A stretch of 64,000 bases of DNA from an uncultured delta proteobacterium. Lineage in GTDB: Bacteria > Myxococcota_A > Polyangia > Fen-1088. The number at the start of each line of letters is the position of its first letter. Position 1 is the first letter of the stretch. Of this stretch, positions 48,684-64,000 are shown in pieces. The stretch lies in NCBI GenBank assembly GCA_963755125.1, contig CAVWIP010000006.1, forward strand, positions 32,001 to 96,000. Reading direction: 5' to 3'. The notes under the pieces were generated by a model. That model had not been told where the DNA came from. It did not search any database and saw nothing but the letters and a program-made list of their open reading frames with translations. The position numbers and the translations under genes were made by a program.

Positions 48684-49604
48684 ATGAGCGCGAACAAGGT
48701 AGAGGCCGGCGTGCGCTTCGCGTTCCTGACGCCGCGGAAGCTGCCGCCAGCCGACACCCTGGCCGGCCGGGTGGTGGTGCTGGACATCGGCTTCGCCTCC
48801 GAGGGCGGCGGCTCGTCGTTTGCCGGCGTCACCATTCCCTTCATCAATGGCCTGGGCAGCCGGCTGGCCGCCTGGGTGGATCACCACGACCACGAGCGCC
48901 ACGTGGATTTTGCCCGCGATCCCCGTTTTCTGCTTGCCGACAAGGCCGAGCACGGGGGCTGTCCGGAGATGATCACGCCGGAGTTCGTGGCCGCGGTAGG
49001 GCCGGTGGACACGGTGGCCATGCACATAGATCTCGACGGTCTGTATGCGGGCGCCAAGTGGGTGCTGGGTGGCATCGAGCCCTATCCAGGCGCCGATATG
49101 GACGCGCGCGCGGTGGACACGCGGCGGGGTGAGCCGGGCCCCATTGCCAAGCGCATCGATCGCGCCTTGCGCGCCCGCTTTCGCGACGAGACGCTCAAGT
49201 ACCGCGTGATCCAGTACCTGCTGGCGCGCACCCAGGCGCCTCACCACTGGGAGGAGATCGAGCGCGCCGCGCGCCTCATCGACCCGCTGCTGGACCGGGC
49301 ACGCAAGATCGCCGAGCGCTACCAGATCGAAGGCAACGTGGCGTACGTGGAAGCCCAGTCGAGCGCGCCCTACGACAAGACCGAGCTGTTGCTCCTCGGC
49401 CAGCGGCGCGCGGCCGTGGCTGTGGTGCGCGATTCGGGGTCGCTGTCCATTGCTGCCGATTTCGAGTCCGGGCTGGACCTGATCAAGTTGTTCGACCTGG
49501 GCGGCGGCATGCCCACGCGCGTATCCGTGCCCGAGTCGCGCCTGGAAGAGGTGATGCAGAAGCTCGCCGAGGCCGTGAAGGGGAAGGGTGTAGAGACAAC
49601 GTAG
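48684..49604 (+). CDS. DHH-superfamily phosphoesterase-like protein
   Basis: VVVLD, WVDHH and HIDLDG motifs, plus a C-terminal GGG (DHHA1-like). Confidence 0.65.
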   Translation: MSANKVEAGVRFAFLTPRKLPPADTLAGRVVVLDIGFASEGGGSSFAGVTIPFINGLGSRLAAWVDHHDHERHVDFARDPRFLLADKAEHGGCPEMITPEFVAAVGPVDTVAMHIDLDGLYAGAKWVLGGIEPYPGADMDARAVDTRRGEPGPIAKRIDRALRARFRDETLKYRVIQYLLARTQAPHHWEEIERAARLIDPLLDRARKIAERYQIEGNVAYVEAQSSAPYDKTELLLLGQRRAAVAVVRDSGSLSIAADFESGLDLIKLFDLGGGMPTRVSVPESRLEEVMQKLAEAVKGKGVETT

Positions 49605-49723
49605 ACGCAGACCCATCCCGGCAGCCACCCTCGTCGAGAACGCAGCGGGGAGAGGGGAGGACACAGAGAACGCCTCGGCGCGAACTAGCTGGTCAACCGG
49701 TCGAATCAGGGTAAATTCGCTTC

Positions 49724-50638
49724 ATGCACGTGAATCACGGAACGCCTCCCAAGAAATCGCACCAGGCCCTCGCTGAGCGCATTCTCAAGCAACATGGTCG
49801 TGGAACGCGGTCGCTGGTAGGCCCGATGCCGTCGCCCGACGAGGTCGCGACCCTGGTGGAGGATCTGCTGTCGGTGATCCTGCCGGGAACCCGGCGCACG
49901 CGCATGCTGGGCGAAAACTCGCATGCGGCGGCGCGCGAGCGCGTGGCCGAGGTGCTGGGCGACCTGGATCTCCGGCTGGAGGAGCTGGTGTTTCTGGGCC
50001 TGCACCGCCAGTGCCCGCAAGCCGCCGGCAATAAGGACGCCTGCTGGCGGCGCGCCCAGAGCATCACCGCGCGCACGCTGGCCGCCCTGCCCGAGCTGCG
50101 CGGGGTTCTGGAACAGGACATCCAGTTGGCCTTCGAGGCGGATCCCGCTGCCACCGGCACCGACGAGGTGGTCGCCTGCTATCCCGGGCTGTATGCCATC
50201 GCCATCTACAGGGTCGCGCATCGCTTGCTGCGCGAAGGGGCGCTGCTGGTGCCGCGCATGATGACCGAGTACGCCCACTCGCGCACCGGCATCGACATCC
50301 ACCCCGGCGCCGGCATCGGCTCGCCCTTCTTCATCGACCACGGCACCGGCATCGTCATCGGCGAGACCACGCGCATCGGCCGCGCGGTTCGCATCTATCA
50401 AGGCGTGACCCTGGGCGCGCTGTCGATCAAGCGCAAGCCGGGTGGGGCCGTATCGACCTCGGCGTCCAAGCAGCCCGTGCCCCAGCGCCACCCAACCATC
50501 GAGGACGACGTGATCATCTACGCCAACGCTACCATCCTGGGCGGCGACACGGTGATCGGCAAGGGCGCAGTGGTGGGCGCCAATGCCTGGGTCAGCTACT
50601 CGGTGCCGCCCGGCCGGCGCGTCGGGGGCGGGGCCTAG
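49724..50638 (+). CDS. cysE: Serine O-acetyltransferase
   Basis: DPAA, CYPG..A...YRVAH, TGIDIHPGA.IG..FFIDHGTGIVIGET, YQGVTLGA, RHPTIED. Confidence 0.93.
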   Translation: MHVNHGTPPKKSHQALAERILKQHGRGTRSLVGPMPSPDEVATLVEDLLSVILPGTRRTRMLGENSHAAARERVAEVLGDLDLRLEELVFLGLHRQCPQAAGNKDACWRRAQSITARTLAALPELRGVLEQDIQLAFEADPAATGTDEVVACYPGLYAIAIYRVAHRLLREGALLVPRMMTEYAHSRTGIDIHPGAGIGSPFFIDHGTGIVIGETTRIGRAVRIYQGVTLGALSIKRKPGGAVSTSASKQPVPQRHPTIEDDVIIYANATILGGDTVIGKGAVVGANAWVSYSVPPGRRVGGGA

Positions 50639-50729
50639 CCCCGCGGATTCAGACAGCCGCCTGCGCCGGGGGTGATCGCACCCTGCGTTCCGCGGCGGCG
50701 TGTTCATGAGCCACGACAACCGATGCGGC

Positions 50730-52103
50730 TCAATCGCCCGGTTCGATGCCGGCGCGTTTGAGCTTGTCGAACAGGGTGGTGCGGCTGAGACCGAGGAGTT
50801 CCGCGGCGCGGGTCTTGTTTCCGTTTGCCGCGCGCATGGCGCGCTCGATGAGCACAACCTCGATGCGCGCGAGCGTGGCGGGAAGGTCAATGCCCTCGGC
50901 CGGGGAAGCCGACGCGACTTCGGCTGCCAGATCGGCCGCCGGGGCGCGCAGGTTGCGCGGAAGATCCTCGACGCCGATCACGTCGGTGCGACTCAGGATC
51001 ACCAGCCGCTCTACCAGGTTTTCCAGCTCGCGTACATTGCCGGGCCAGTTGTAGAGCTGCAAGGCGACCAGCGCCGCCTCCGACAGGGTCACGTTCCTTT
51101 TCGTGCGCCGGTTGGCAGACGCCAGGAAGTGCTGGCACAGGGACGGCACATCCTCGGCGCGCTCGCGCAGGGCGGGCAGGGCGATGGGAACGACGTTGAG
51201 CCGGAAGAAGAGATCGCTGCGGAACTTCCCTTCCTTGACCAACGCTTGCAGATCGCTGTTGGACGCTGCCACGACCCGCGTGTCGACCTGGCGGGTCTTG
51301 GATTCGCCCACCGGGGTGATGATTCGATCCTGCAGCACCCGCAATAACTTGACTTGCAGGCCGAGGGCCAGTTCGCCGATCTCATCGAGAAACAGCGTGC
51401 CGCCATCAGCCTCCAGGAACTTGCCGGCGCGCACGTCGGTCGCCCCGGTGAACGCGCCCTTGGCGTGGCCGAACAGCTCGCTCTCCACCAGCCCTTCCGG
51501 GATGGCACCGCAGTTGACCGCGACAAAGGCATTCCCCACCCGCGGCGAGAAGGCGTGAATCAAGCGGGCCACCACTTCCTTGCCGGTTCCGCTCTCGCCC
51601 AGCAACAACACCGTGGCGTCCGTGCCCGCCACCTGCGTGATCGTCTCCACCACGCCACGCAGGGCGGCCGAGTCGCCCACCAGCGCGGCCTGGGGCTGGT
51701 CGGATTCCGCGGGCCGGTGCGCGGCGGCCTTGGGACCGGGACGGCCGCGGGCCAGCGCCGTCTCCAGCACCGACTTCAGTTCCTCGGCGCGGAACGGCTT
51801 GACCAGGAAGTTGAACGCGCCCGAGCGCATGGCCTCCACGCAATCGGAAACCTTGGTGCTGGCGGTCAGGATGACCACCGGCGCGCGCACCGACGGCTCC
51901 TGTGCCTTGCGCAGGACCGCGAATCCATCGGCGCGCGGCATGCGCAGATCGCTGACCACCAGATCGAATGCGCCGGCGTCCAGGGCCTTCACCGCATCGA
52001 CACCATCCGACGCTTCGGTCACGTGGTGGCCCATTTGCTCGACCGTCCGGCGCACGGACTGTCGCACCTCTGGCTCGTCGTCAACGATCAGAACTCGCGC
52101 CAT
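50730..52103 (-). CDS. sigma54-dependent response regulator (NtrC family)
   Basis: REC (LIVDD, SDLRMP, KP), [36 protein letters not shown]. Confidence 0.95.
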   Translation of the reverse strand: MARVLIVDDEPEVRQSVRRTVEQMGHHVTEASDGVDAVKALDAGAFDLVVSDLRMPRADGFAVLRKAQEPSVRAPVVILTASTKVSDCVEAMRSGAFNFLVKPFRAEELKSVLETALARGRPGPKAAAHRPAESDQPQAALVGDSAALRGVVETITQVAGTDATVLLLGESGTGKEVVARLIHAFSPRVGNAFVAVNCGAIPEGLVESELFGHAKGAFTGATDVRAGKFLEADGGTLFLDEIGELALGLQVKLLRVLQDRIITPVGESKTRQVDTRVVAASNSDLQALVKEGKFRSDLFFRLNVVPIALPALRERAEDVPSLCQHFLASANRRTKRNVTLSEAALVALQLYNWPGNVRELENLVERLVILSRTDVIGVEDLPRNLRAPAADLAAEVASASPAEGIDLPATLARIEVVLIERAMRAANGNKTRAAELLGLSRTTLFDKLKRAGIEPGD

Positions 52104-52217
52104 GGCGTCGAGTGTATCACGAAGCACGATATTCACTTTGGCCGAACCCTCCGTCCATCCACCGGTGCATGCGCGGAGCCAAGTGGAAAGTGGCGGCTGG
52201 CCGAGCGCGGACCGCGC

Positions 52218-52239
52218 CTCCGTCGCTTTGCCGACGGAG
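52218..52239. promoter_or_regulatory. Palindrome, candidate upstream activator site
   Basis: CTCCGTCG-N6-CGACGGAG; the core GTCG-N6-CGAC recurs at 53131-53144. Confidence 0.45.
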
Positions 52240-52310
52240 AGGCAGGTGGAAGCCGTGTCGGCGCGTCGTCGAGAGTGCGCCGTTGCCAAGCGATCGCGCG
52301 CCTTTCGCGC

Positions 52311-52326
52311 TGGTCCCGTCCTTGCG
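52311..52326 (+). promoter_or_regulatory. sigma54 promoter
   Basis: TGGTCCCGTCCTTGCG = GG-N10-GC. Confidence 0.55.
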
Positions 52327-52339
52327 TATGGAACCAGGC

Positions 52340-52504
52340 ATGGACGCCGCGCCGACAACGACCACCGCTCCCCGTCGCGTCGGGCACGCTGCCCGTTTCG
52401 CCATCGCGGCGGTCGTGGTGGCGCTCATCGCGGTGTGGCTTCCCAACGACGCGCTCTCGGGATCGTTCTCCAGCGTGGTGGCCTACACCGTGACGCGCCC
52501 ATAG
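52340..52504 (+). CDS. Small single-TM protein (54 aa)
   Basis: MDAAPTTTTAPRRVGHAARFAIAAVVVALIAVWLPNDALSGSFSSVVAYTVTRP; directly after a sigma54 motif. Confidence 0.5.
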   Translation: MDAAPTTTTAPRRVGHAARFAIAAVVVALIAVWLPNDALSGSFSSVVAYTVTRP

Positions 52505-52522
52505 ATGACGAAGAGGTTGCCC

Positions 52523-52996
52523 ATGAATCGAACCATGAAGATGCCCGCCGCCGTCCCCACCGTCCTCATCGTGGACGACGCGCGCCTGAACGTCGAGATC
52601 CTGAACCAGATCCTTTCGGGCGAATACCGGACAGTCCGAGCCTACGACGGTCGACAGGCGCTGGACTTGGCAGTGGCGTGCCGACCTGATCTCATCCTGC
52701 TCGACGTAGTCATGCCGGGACTGGACGGCTATCAGGTCTGCACCATTCTCAAGTCCGACTCGCGGACGCACGGCATCCCCGTCATCTTCGTCACCGGTAT
52801 GGACGATGACGACGCCGACCAGAAGGCATTCGCCGCGGGTGCTGCGGGTTACCTGACCAAGCCCTTCCATCCCGCCATGGTGCTGAGCCAGGTGCACATC
52901 CAGCTAGACCTGCAGCGCGCGAAGAACCTGCTGGCGACCCACCCCGACGAGCACGCGGCGCCCGAGTCACTTGCCGGCCGTTTGCGCTGCGCGTAG
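52523..52996 (+). CDS. Response regulator receiver protein (no recognisable output domain)
   Basis: LIVDD, LLDVVMP..DG, IPVIFVT, KPF; AAGAGG RBS. Alternative start 52505. Confidence 0.9.
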   Translation: MNRTMKMPAAVPTVLIVDDARLNVEILNQILSGEYRTVRAYDGRQALDLAVACRPDLILLDVVMPGLDGYQVCTILKSDSRTHGIPVIFVTGMDDDDADQKAFAAGAAGYLTKPFHPAMVLSQVHIQLDLQRAKNLLATHPDEHAAPESLAGRLRCA

Positions 52997-53025
52997 CGCC
53001 ACAACCCGCGACAGCCGCAGGCGGC

Positions 53026-53061
53026 CGTGGTCGTAGACGTGGCCGTGGTCGTGGACGTGGT
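53026..53061. repeat. Degenerate hexamer tandem repeat (CGTRGN)x6
   Basis: CGTGGT CGTAGA CGTGGC CGTGGT CGTGGA CGTGGT, intergenic. Confidence 0.75.
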
Positions 53062-53184
53062 CGATGGTCGATCATCCCGACTGGCGGCGCGCCCCGTCGG
53101 TCCTCCGATGCCTGGTATTCGCGCATCGGTGTCGGCCAGCCGACGTCGTCGGGCACACCGCCACTGGTTCCGCGTGCTTGGGCA

Positions 53185-53200
53185 TGGTCCCGTGGTTGCA
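53185..53200 (+). promoter_or_regulatory. sigma54 promoter
   Basis: TGGTCCCGTGGTTGCA = GG-N10-GC; 13/15 identical to the 52311 motif. Confidence 0.55.
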
Positions 53201-53212
53201 CTGACTGGGGGC

Positions 53213-55543
<2,331 letters not shown>

Positions 55544-55571
55544 CGTGCGCGCACAGGGGGAGGAAGAAGCG

Positions 55572-58829
<3,258 letters not shown>

Positions 58830-58928
58830 AGGTGCCCTTCCGCAAGACCGGTGTACAGGCACCGCAGGTGGTCCATACTCAATCGAGCGACATCCAGCCC
58901 GTAGGCGGCCTGTGGTCGCCCTGAAGAG

Positions 58929-60352
<1,424 letters not shown>

Positions 60353-60356
<4 letters not shown>

Positions 60357-62740
60357 GACACCTCGGTTCTGCTTGCGCGCGCGGAACGATCCTCAGTTTG
60401 CACCACGTCGGTCTTGGGAACCGTGACGGTGAACAGGGTGCGCTCGTCCTGGCGAGACGCCTCGATGCTCCAGCCGTGCGCGCGCACCAGCCTGTGCGTG
60501 ATGGCGAGGCCGAGACCAGTGCCCCGCTCCTTGGTGGTGTACCAGGGAGCGAAGAGCGTGGCCGGATCGCCCACGAAGCCCGGCCCGTCGTCCCATACCT
60601 CGATGCGCGCGTCCTGCCCGTGGTGGCGCCACGACACGCCCGCGTGGCCGGCGTCGCCGGTGGCCTGCAGGGCATTGGCCAGCAGGTTGACCAAGATCTG
60701 CGTCGCCTGATCCGGGTCACAGCGGATGGCCAGTCCCTCCTCGCCGGCAAAGGCCAGTGGCCGGCCGGCAGCCGCATCCCGCAACAGCATCTCGGCGTGC
60801 TGGCACAGGTCGCGGACAGCCACGCTCCGGCGCTGGATCCGATGGGCAGCCATGCGGCGCAGCCCGCCCACCAAACGTTCCAAACGTTCCACTTCCTCGC
60901 GGCCGATGTCGACGTCTTCCGGCGCCAGGGGTTTGTCGCCAGCGCGGCCGAACAGGCTGCGGAAGAAGTTGAGCGGATAGCGAATCTCGTGCGAGATCTC
61001 GGCGGCTACGGTCTCCACCAGCGTCTCGCGCTCGCCTCGCCAGGCCGCCGCCTGCTGCTTGCGTCTCTGTTCCAACTCCTGGTAGGCGCGGGCATGGGCC
61101 AGCGCCAGGGCGCCCTGGTTGACCACGGTGCCGAGCAGATCCAGATCGTCGCTGGTAAACAGAGCATCGCCCGGCTTGGAACCCACCTCGAGCACGCCCA
61201 GACATTCCGTGCCGAACACCACCGGCAGCGCCAGAGCGGGACGTTCGCCTGCCGTGGTCGTCTGGGCCGAGATCTCCTCGGTGTGGGGCACCGTCACCAG
61301 GGCGGGAACTGCCGCCGCGCCGGACGTATCGGCGCCGCCGCCGGGCACCAGCCGGATGTGATCACAGGGCAGCCAGCGCCGCACGGTGCGCTCGATGGCC
61401 CGACCGACCTCGTCCGGCGAGGTGATGCTGATCAGATCCATGCTGAGCTGTTCGATGGTGGGCTTGTAGCCCGCGCGCGAGGGAAACACGTACACCTCGG
61501 CGGCGTGCAGGGCCAGCACCACCAGGACCGCCGCCACCACTCCGCTGGCCGTGGCAGCGATGGCTGCCGAGCGAAACGGCACGCCCATCTCGGTGGCCAG
61601 GGCCGTTCCCGCGGCGATGGCCAGTGTGCACGCGAACGCACCGGTGACTAGGCGGGTCAGGATGCGCGACAGGAGGGCGCGACTCCCCCACAGATCGTAG
61701 CGAACGAAGGCGAAGGCAACTGCCATCGGGCCGAGGGCAAGAGCAGGGTATGCGAGCAGATCGACGTGCGAGAACTGGCCCACCAGCGGCTCTGCGCCCA
61801 TGACCAGGCCAAGTGCGACGAAGGGCGGGACGATTGCCACCGTGAGCGCGCGCAGGATGTCGCGCCGATGCCCCTTTGCCAAGAAGGTGCGCACTAGGAA
61901 GGTGGCGACGAAGAAGAGGAAGCTGGCACCGAGCACGCCCGACCAGAATTCGTGCAGACGCGGCATCGGGCGGCCGAGCATGAAGGGCACGACGAAATAC
62001 GCCGCCACTGCGATTCCCGCGACGGTGGTCGCCCGCTCCAGCCAGGGAAAGCGGCGGAGCAAGGGAGCGTCGTCGGGCAGTCGCAGCGCGAGCATGCAGA
62101 GCGCGCCCGGGAGCAGCGCAAAGCTGACGAGGAAGAGTGGAACCAGACGGTAGGAGGTGTGGTAGTCGAAGACCGTGAACATGAACAGCGCCGCCGCGGA
62201 CGCCACCAGGGCCCAACTTCGGGCCAGGCGCGCGCGCGGGCTGACCCACAGGGCGACCAGAGCAGCCACGACGAATAGCGCTCCCGCGAAGAAGAGCGAC
62301 CCGGCCACCAGCCACCAGGTCGCGCCATCTAGTCTCTCGATGGCCAGGCGAATTCGTCGTTCGTCAGCGCTTCGCCGGAGATCCACCGTGACCTGCGAGG
62401 CGCCCGTGCTTGCCGCCTGGCGGACCAACTGGGAAAGGCGCCGCCCGCGTTCCGATGGCGCAAGGCCCTCGATGCGAACCCCTTCGATCGCCACCATCTG
62501 GTCCGGGTAGCGCAGCCCCTGGCGCGGCCCGTCCCAGTTCGAATTCGTCACGTTCGACACCACCGCATCCGGGCCAACCAGTGCGCCCGCTATCGGCTGC
62601 CCGTACCAGTCGATGGCTCCCGACCCTGCCACCGCAACCACGGCGAGGGCCAGCACGCCGACGACGTAGACTGGCCAGCCGCCCCGCGCGGGCCCGTCAG
62701 GTTTGGTCCGATCTCTCGGGGACGAGCCATCACCGGGCAT
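60353..62740 (-). CDS. Multi-TM sensor histidine kinase with PDZ-like extracellular and GAF domains
   Basis: GLRYPDQMVAIEG (PDZ-like), several TM helices, GAF (F..DDLDLL), HEIRYPL, NLLANA, DDGPG, GTGLGL; ATGA overlap with the regulator. Confidence 0.88.
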
Positions 62741-62749
62741 TGAAACAGA

Positions 62750-64000
62750 TTATGCCCCAAGACGCTCGACAACGTGCGTTGACGGATGCCGTTCCGGAGT
62801 AACCGGACAAGAGCCGACCTCGGGCCACAGCGCCGCCGCCAGGGCGCACATCTGCGTTTCGATCTCAGCGGCCCTTGCAGGATCCAATGCCGCCGCATCC
62901 GCGCGATCCGCGATGGCAAGCAGTTCACGCTGCACGGCCGCCCCAGGCGCGGGCGCCTGCCGGCTGCGCGGAAGATTGCGCGCCAGCATGAGCGTGAGAC
63001 GCAACAGGGAGCCGACTGCCTGGGCGCGCAGCCGTTCCGGGCGCACCGCCAGCAATCGCAGCAGGCGCGCCAGCGTGCAGACCGCGTGGCGCTGGCCCGC
63101 ATCGGCCAGCAACACGCGCGCGGCCCAGCGGCCCAGCTCGATCGAGTACAGCGACGCGAGCTGCTGGTTTCGTGTTTCCATCCAGCGAAGCGCTGCCTGG
63201 TCCTCGCCGATGCTCACCAGCGCGAACGCGATCGGGTCCGACACCAGCAGGCAGGACTTGCTCGCGTCCAGCAAGCCGTAGCCGTGTTTGGCGTTGTGGC
63301 CGTCGCGGTCGTGTCCCACGGGCAGGATGTCGAAGCGGTCGGCCAGGGCGTCACGGGCGGCCGACAGCTCGGGATCGACCTCACGCACAGTGCGGGTGAG
63401 AGCGTCATCGAGTTCGGGCAGGGTCAGATCCGGGTTCCTGCCCAGCACCAGCAGCACAACCCCGGCGGCCATGGCCGAGGCGCCGCTGGACTCGGAGTGC
63501 ACAATGATCTCCGACGAGCTGAAGGGCAGCGCCACGTCGTCACCCGGGGCCATCCAGCGCAGCGCCGGCCCCCGGTTGGCGAAGGGGTGCAGCCGCCCAC
63601 GCTGATCGCGCCACAGGAACCACCCGCCGTCACGTCCGCTGGGCGCCACGCAGAACACGCGCGGATCGCTTGCCGGCTCGCCCGCGCCCAGTGACAGGCT
63701 GGCATGGACCGACCCGTCGGGACTCGAGGTCTCGCGACTGCACGGCAACACCACGGCGGTGCCTTTTCCGTTGCGCCCGAGGCGGCAGGCCATCTCCAAA
63801 GCGTCGTCGAGCATGGGACTCCACTGTCCGTCCACGTTGGTGGCGCAGACGACCACGTCGGCGCCGTCCGCCACCGCTCGCACGATGGCCAGCGGGAAAC
63901 TGAGCACGTCGTTGCCCGGTTTGGGGATGGAGTACAGACGCGGGGACGCGTCGGGGGCAACCCCGATGAAGCCCTTGCCGCCATCCGGCCCGTCCACGCG
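62750..64000 (-). CDS. S8 subtilase-like protein, C-terminal part (start beyond the window)
   Basis: GVAPDA, AVADGADVV, GRNGKG..VV, APG, ESSGASAMAAGVVLLVL..NP.LT, GYGLLDA. Confidence 0.8.
   Translation of the reverse strand, partial: RVDGPDGGKGFIGVAPDASPRLYSIPKPGNDVLSFPLAIVRAVADGADVVVCATNVDGQWSPMLDDALEMACRLGRNGKGTAVVLPCSRETSSPDGSVHASLSLGAGEPASDPRVFCVAPSGRDGGWFLWRDQRGRLHPFANRGPALRWMAPGDDVALPFSSSEIIVHSESSGASAMAAGVVLLVLGRNPDLTLPELDDALTRTVREVDPELSAARDALADRFDILPVGHDRDGHNAKHGYGLLDASKSCLLVSDPIAFALVSIGEDQAALRWMETRNQQLASLYSIELGRWAARVLLADAGQRHAVCTLARLLRLLAVRPERLRAQAVGSLLRLTLMLARNLPRSRQAPAPGAAVQRELLAIADRADAAALDPARAAEIETQMCALAAALWPEVGSCPVTPERHPSTHVVERLGA

Overview
High-GC bacterial chromosomal DNA. The gene inventory (several sigma54 activators, eukaryotic-like Ser/Thr kinases, an FHA domain, PEGA/OmpA proteins, a TolQ-TolR-TolR triad) points to a myxobacterium, probably Myxococcota/Polyangia; this is inferred, not tested. 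A housekeeping backbone carries a MoxR-DUF58-transglutaminase cluster, etfBA with a macrodomain gene, a lipid kinase, ettA, an L,D-transpeptidase, an M1 aminopeptidase, PBP1A and cysE. Two accessory blocks interrupt it: about 7.4-19.1 kb (kinase/radical SAM/sigma54/STAS signalling) and about 41.0-45.7 kb (two paralogous beta-helix lipoproteins). A dense signalling region runs from 50.7 kb to the window end. The most striking pattern is that both accessory blocks end in a 5'-truncated copy of the same four-helix-bundle (23S rRNA IVP/Avd-like) gene and are bracketed by inverted GGGATTCGGAG-type arms. A 62-bp cargo-free copy of the arms with a possible target-site duplication lies at 48.6 kb, suggesting a non-autonomous cassette or insertion-hotspot system. 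Other highlights are a REC + degenerate sigma54-AAA + Ser/Thr kinase fusion, an apparently circularly permuted DHH phosphoesterase, a Zn-ribbon/Tudor protein, matched sigma54 promoters with a shared upstream palindrome, widespread leaderless-type starts, and a GCGAAGC-containing REP family. I recognised no tRNA, rRNA, CRISPR array, transposase, integrase or reverse transcriptase. All family calls come from motif recognition by eye; no database searches were run.
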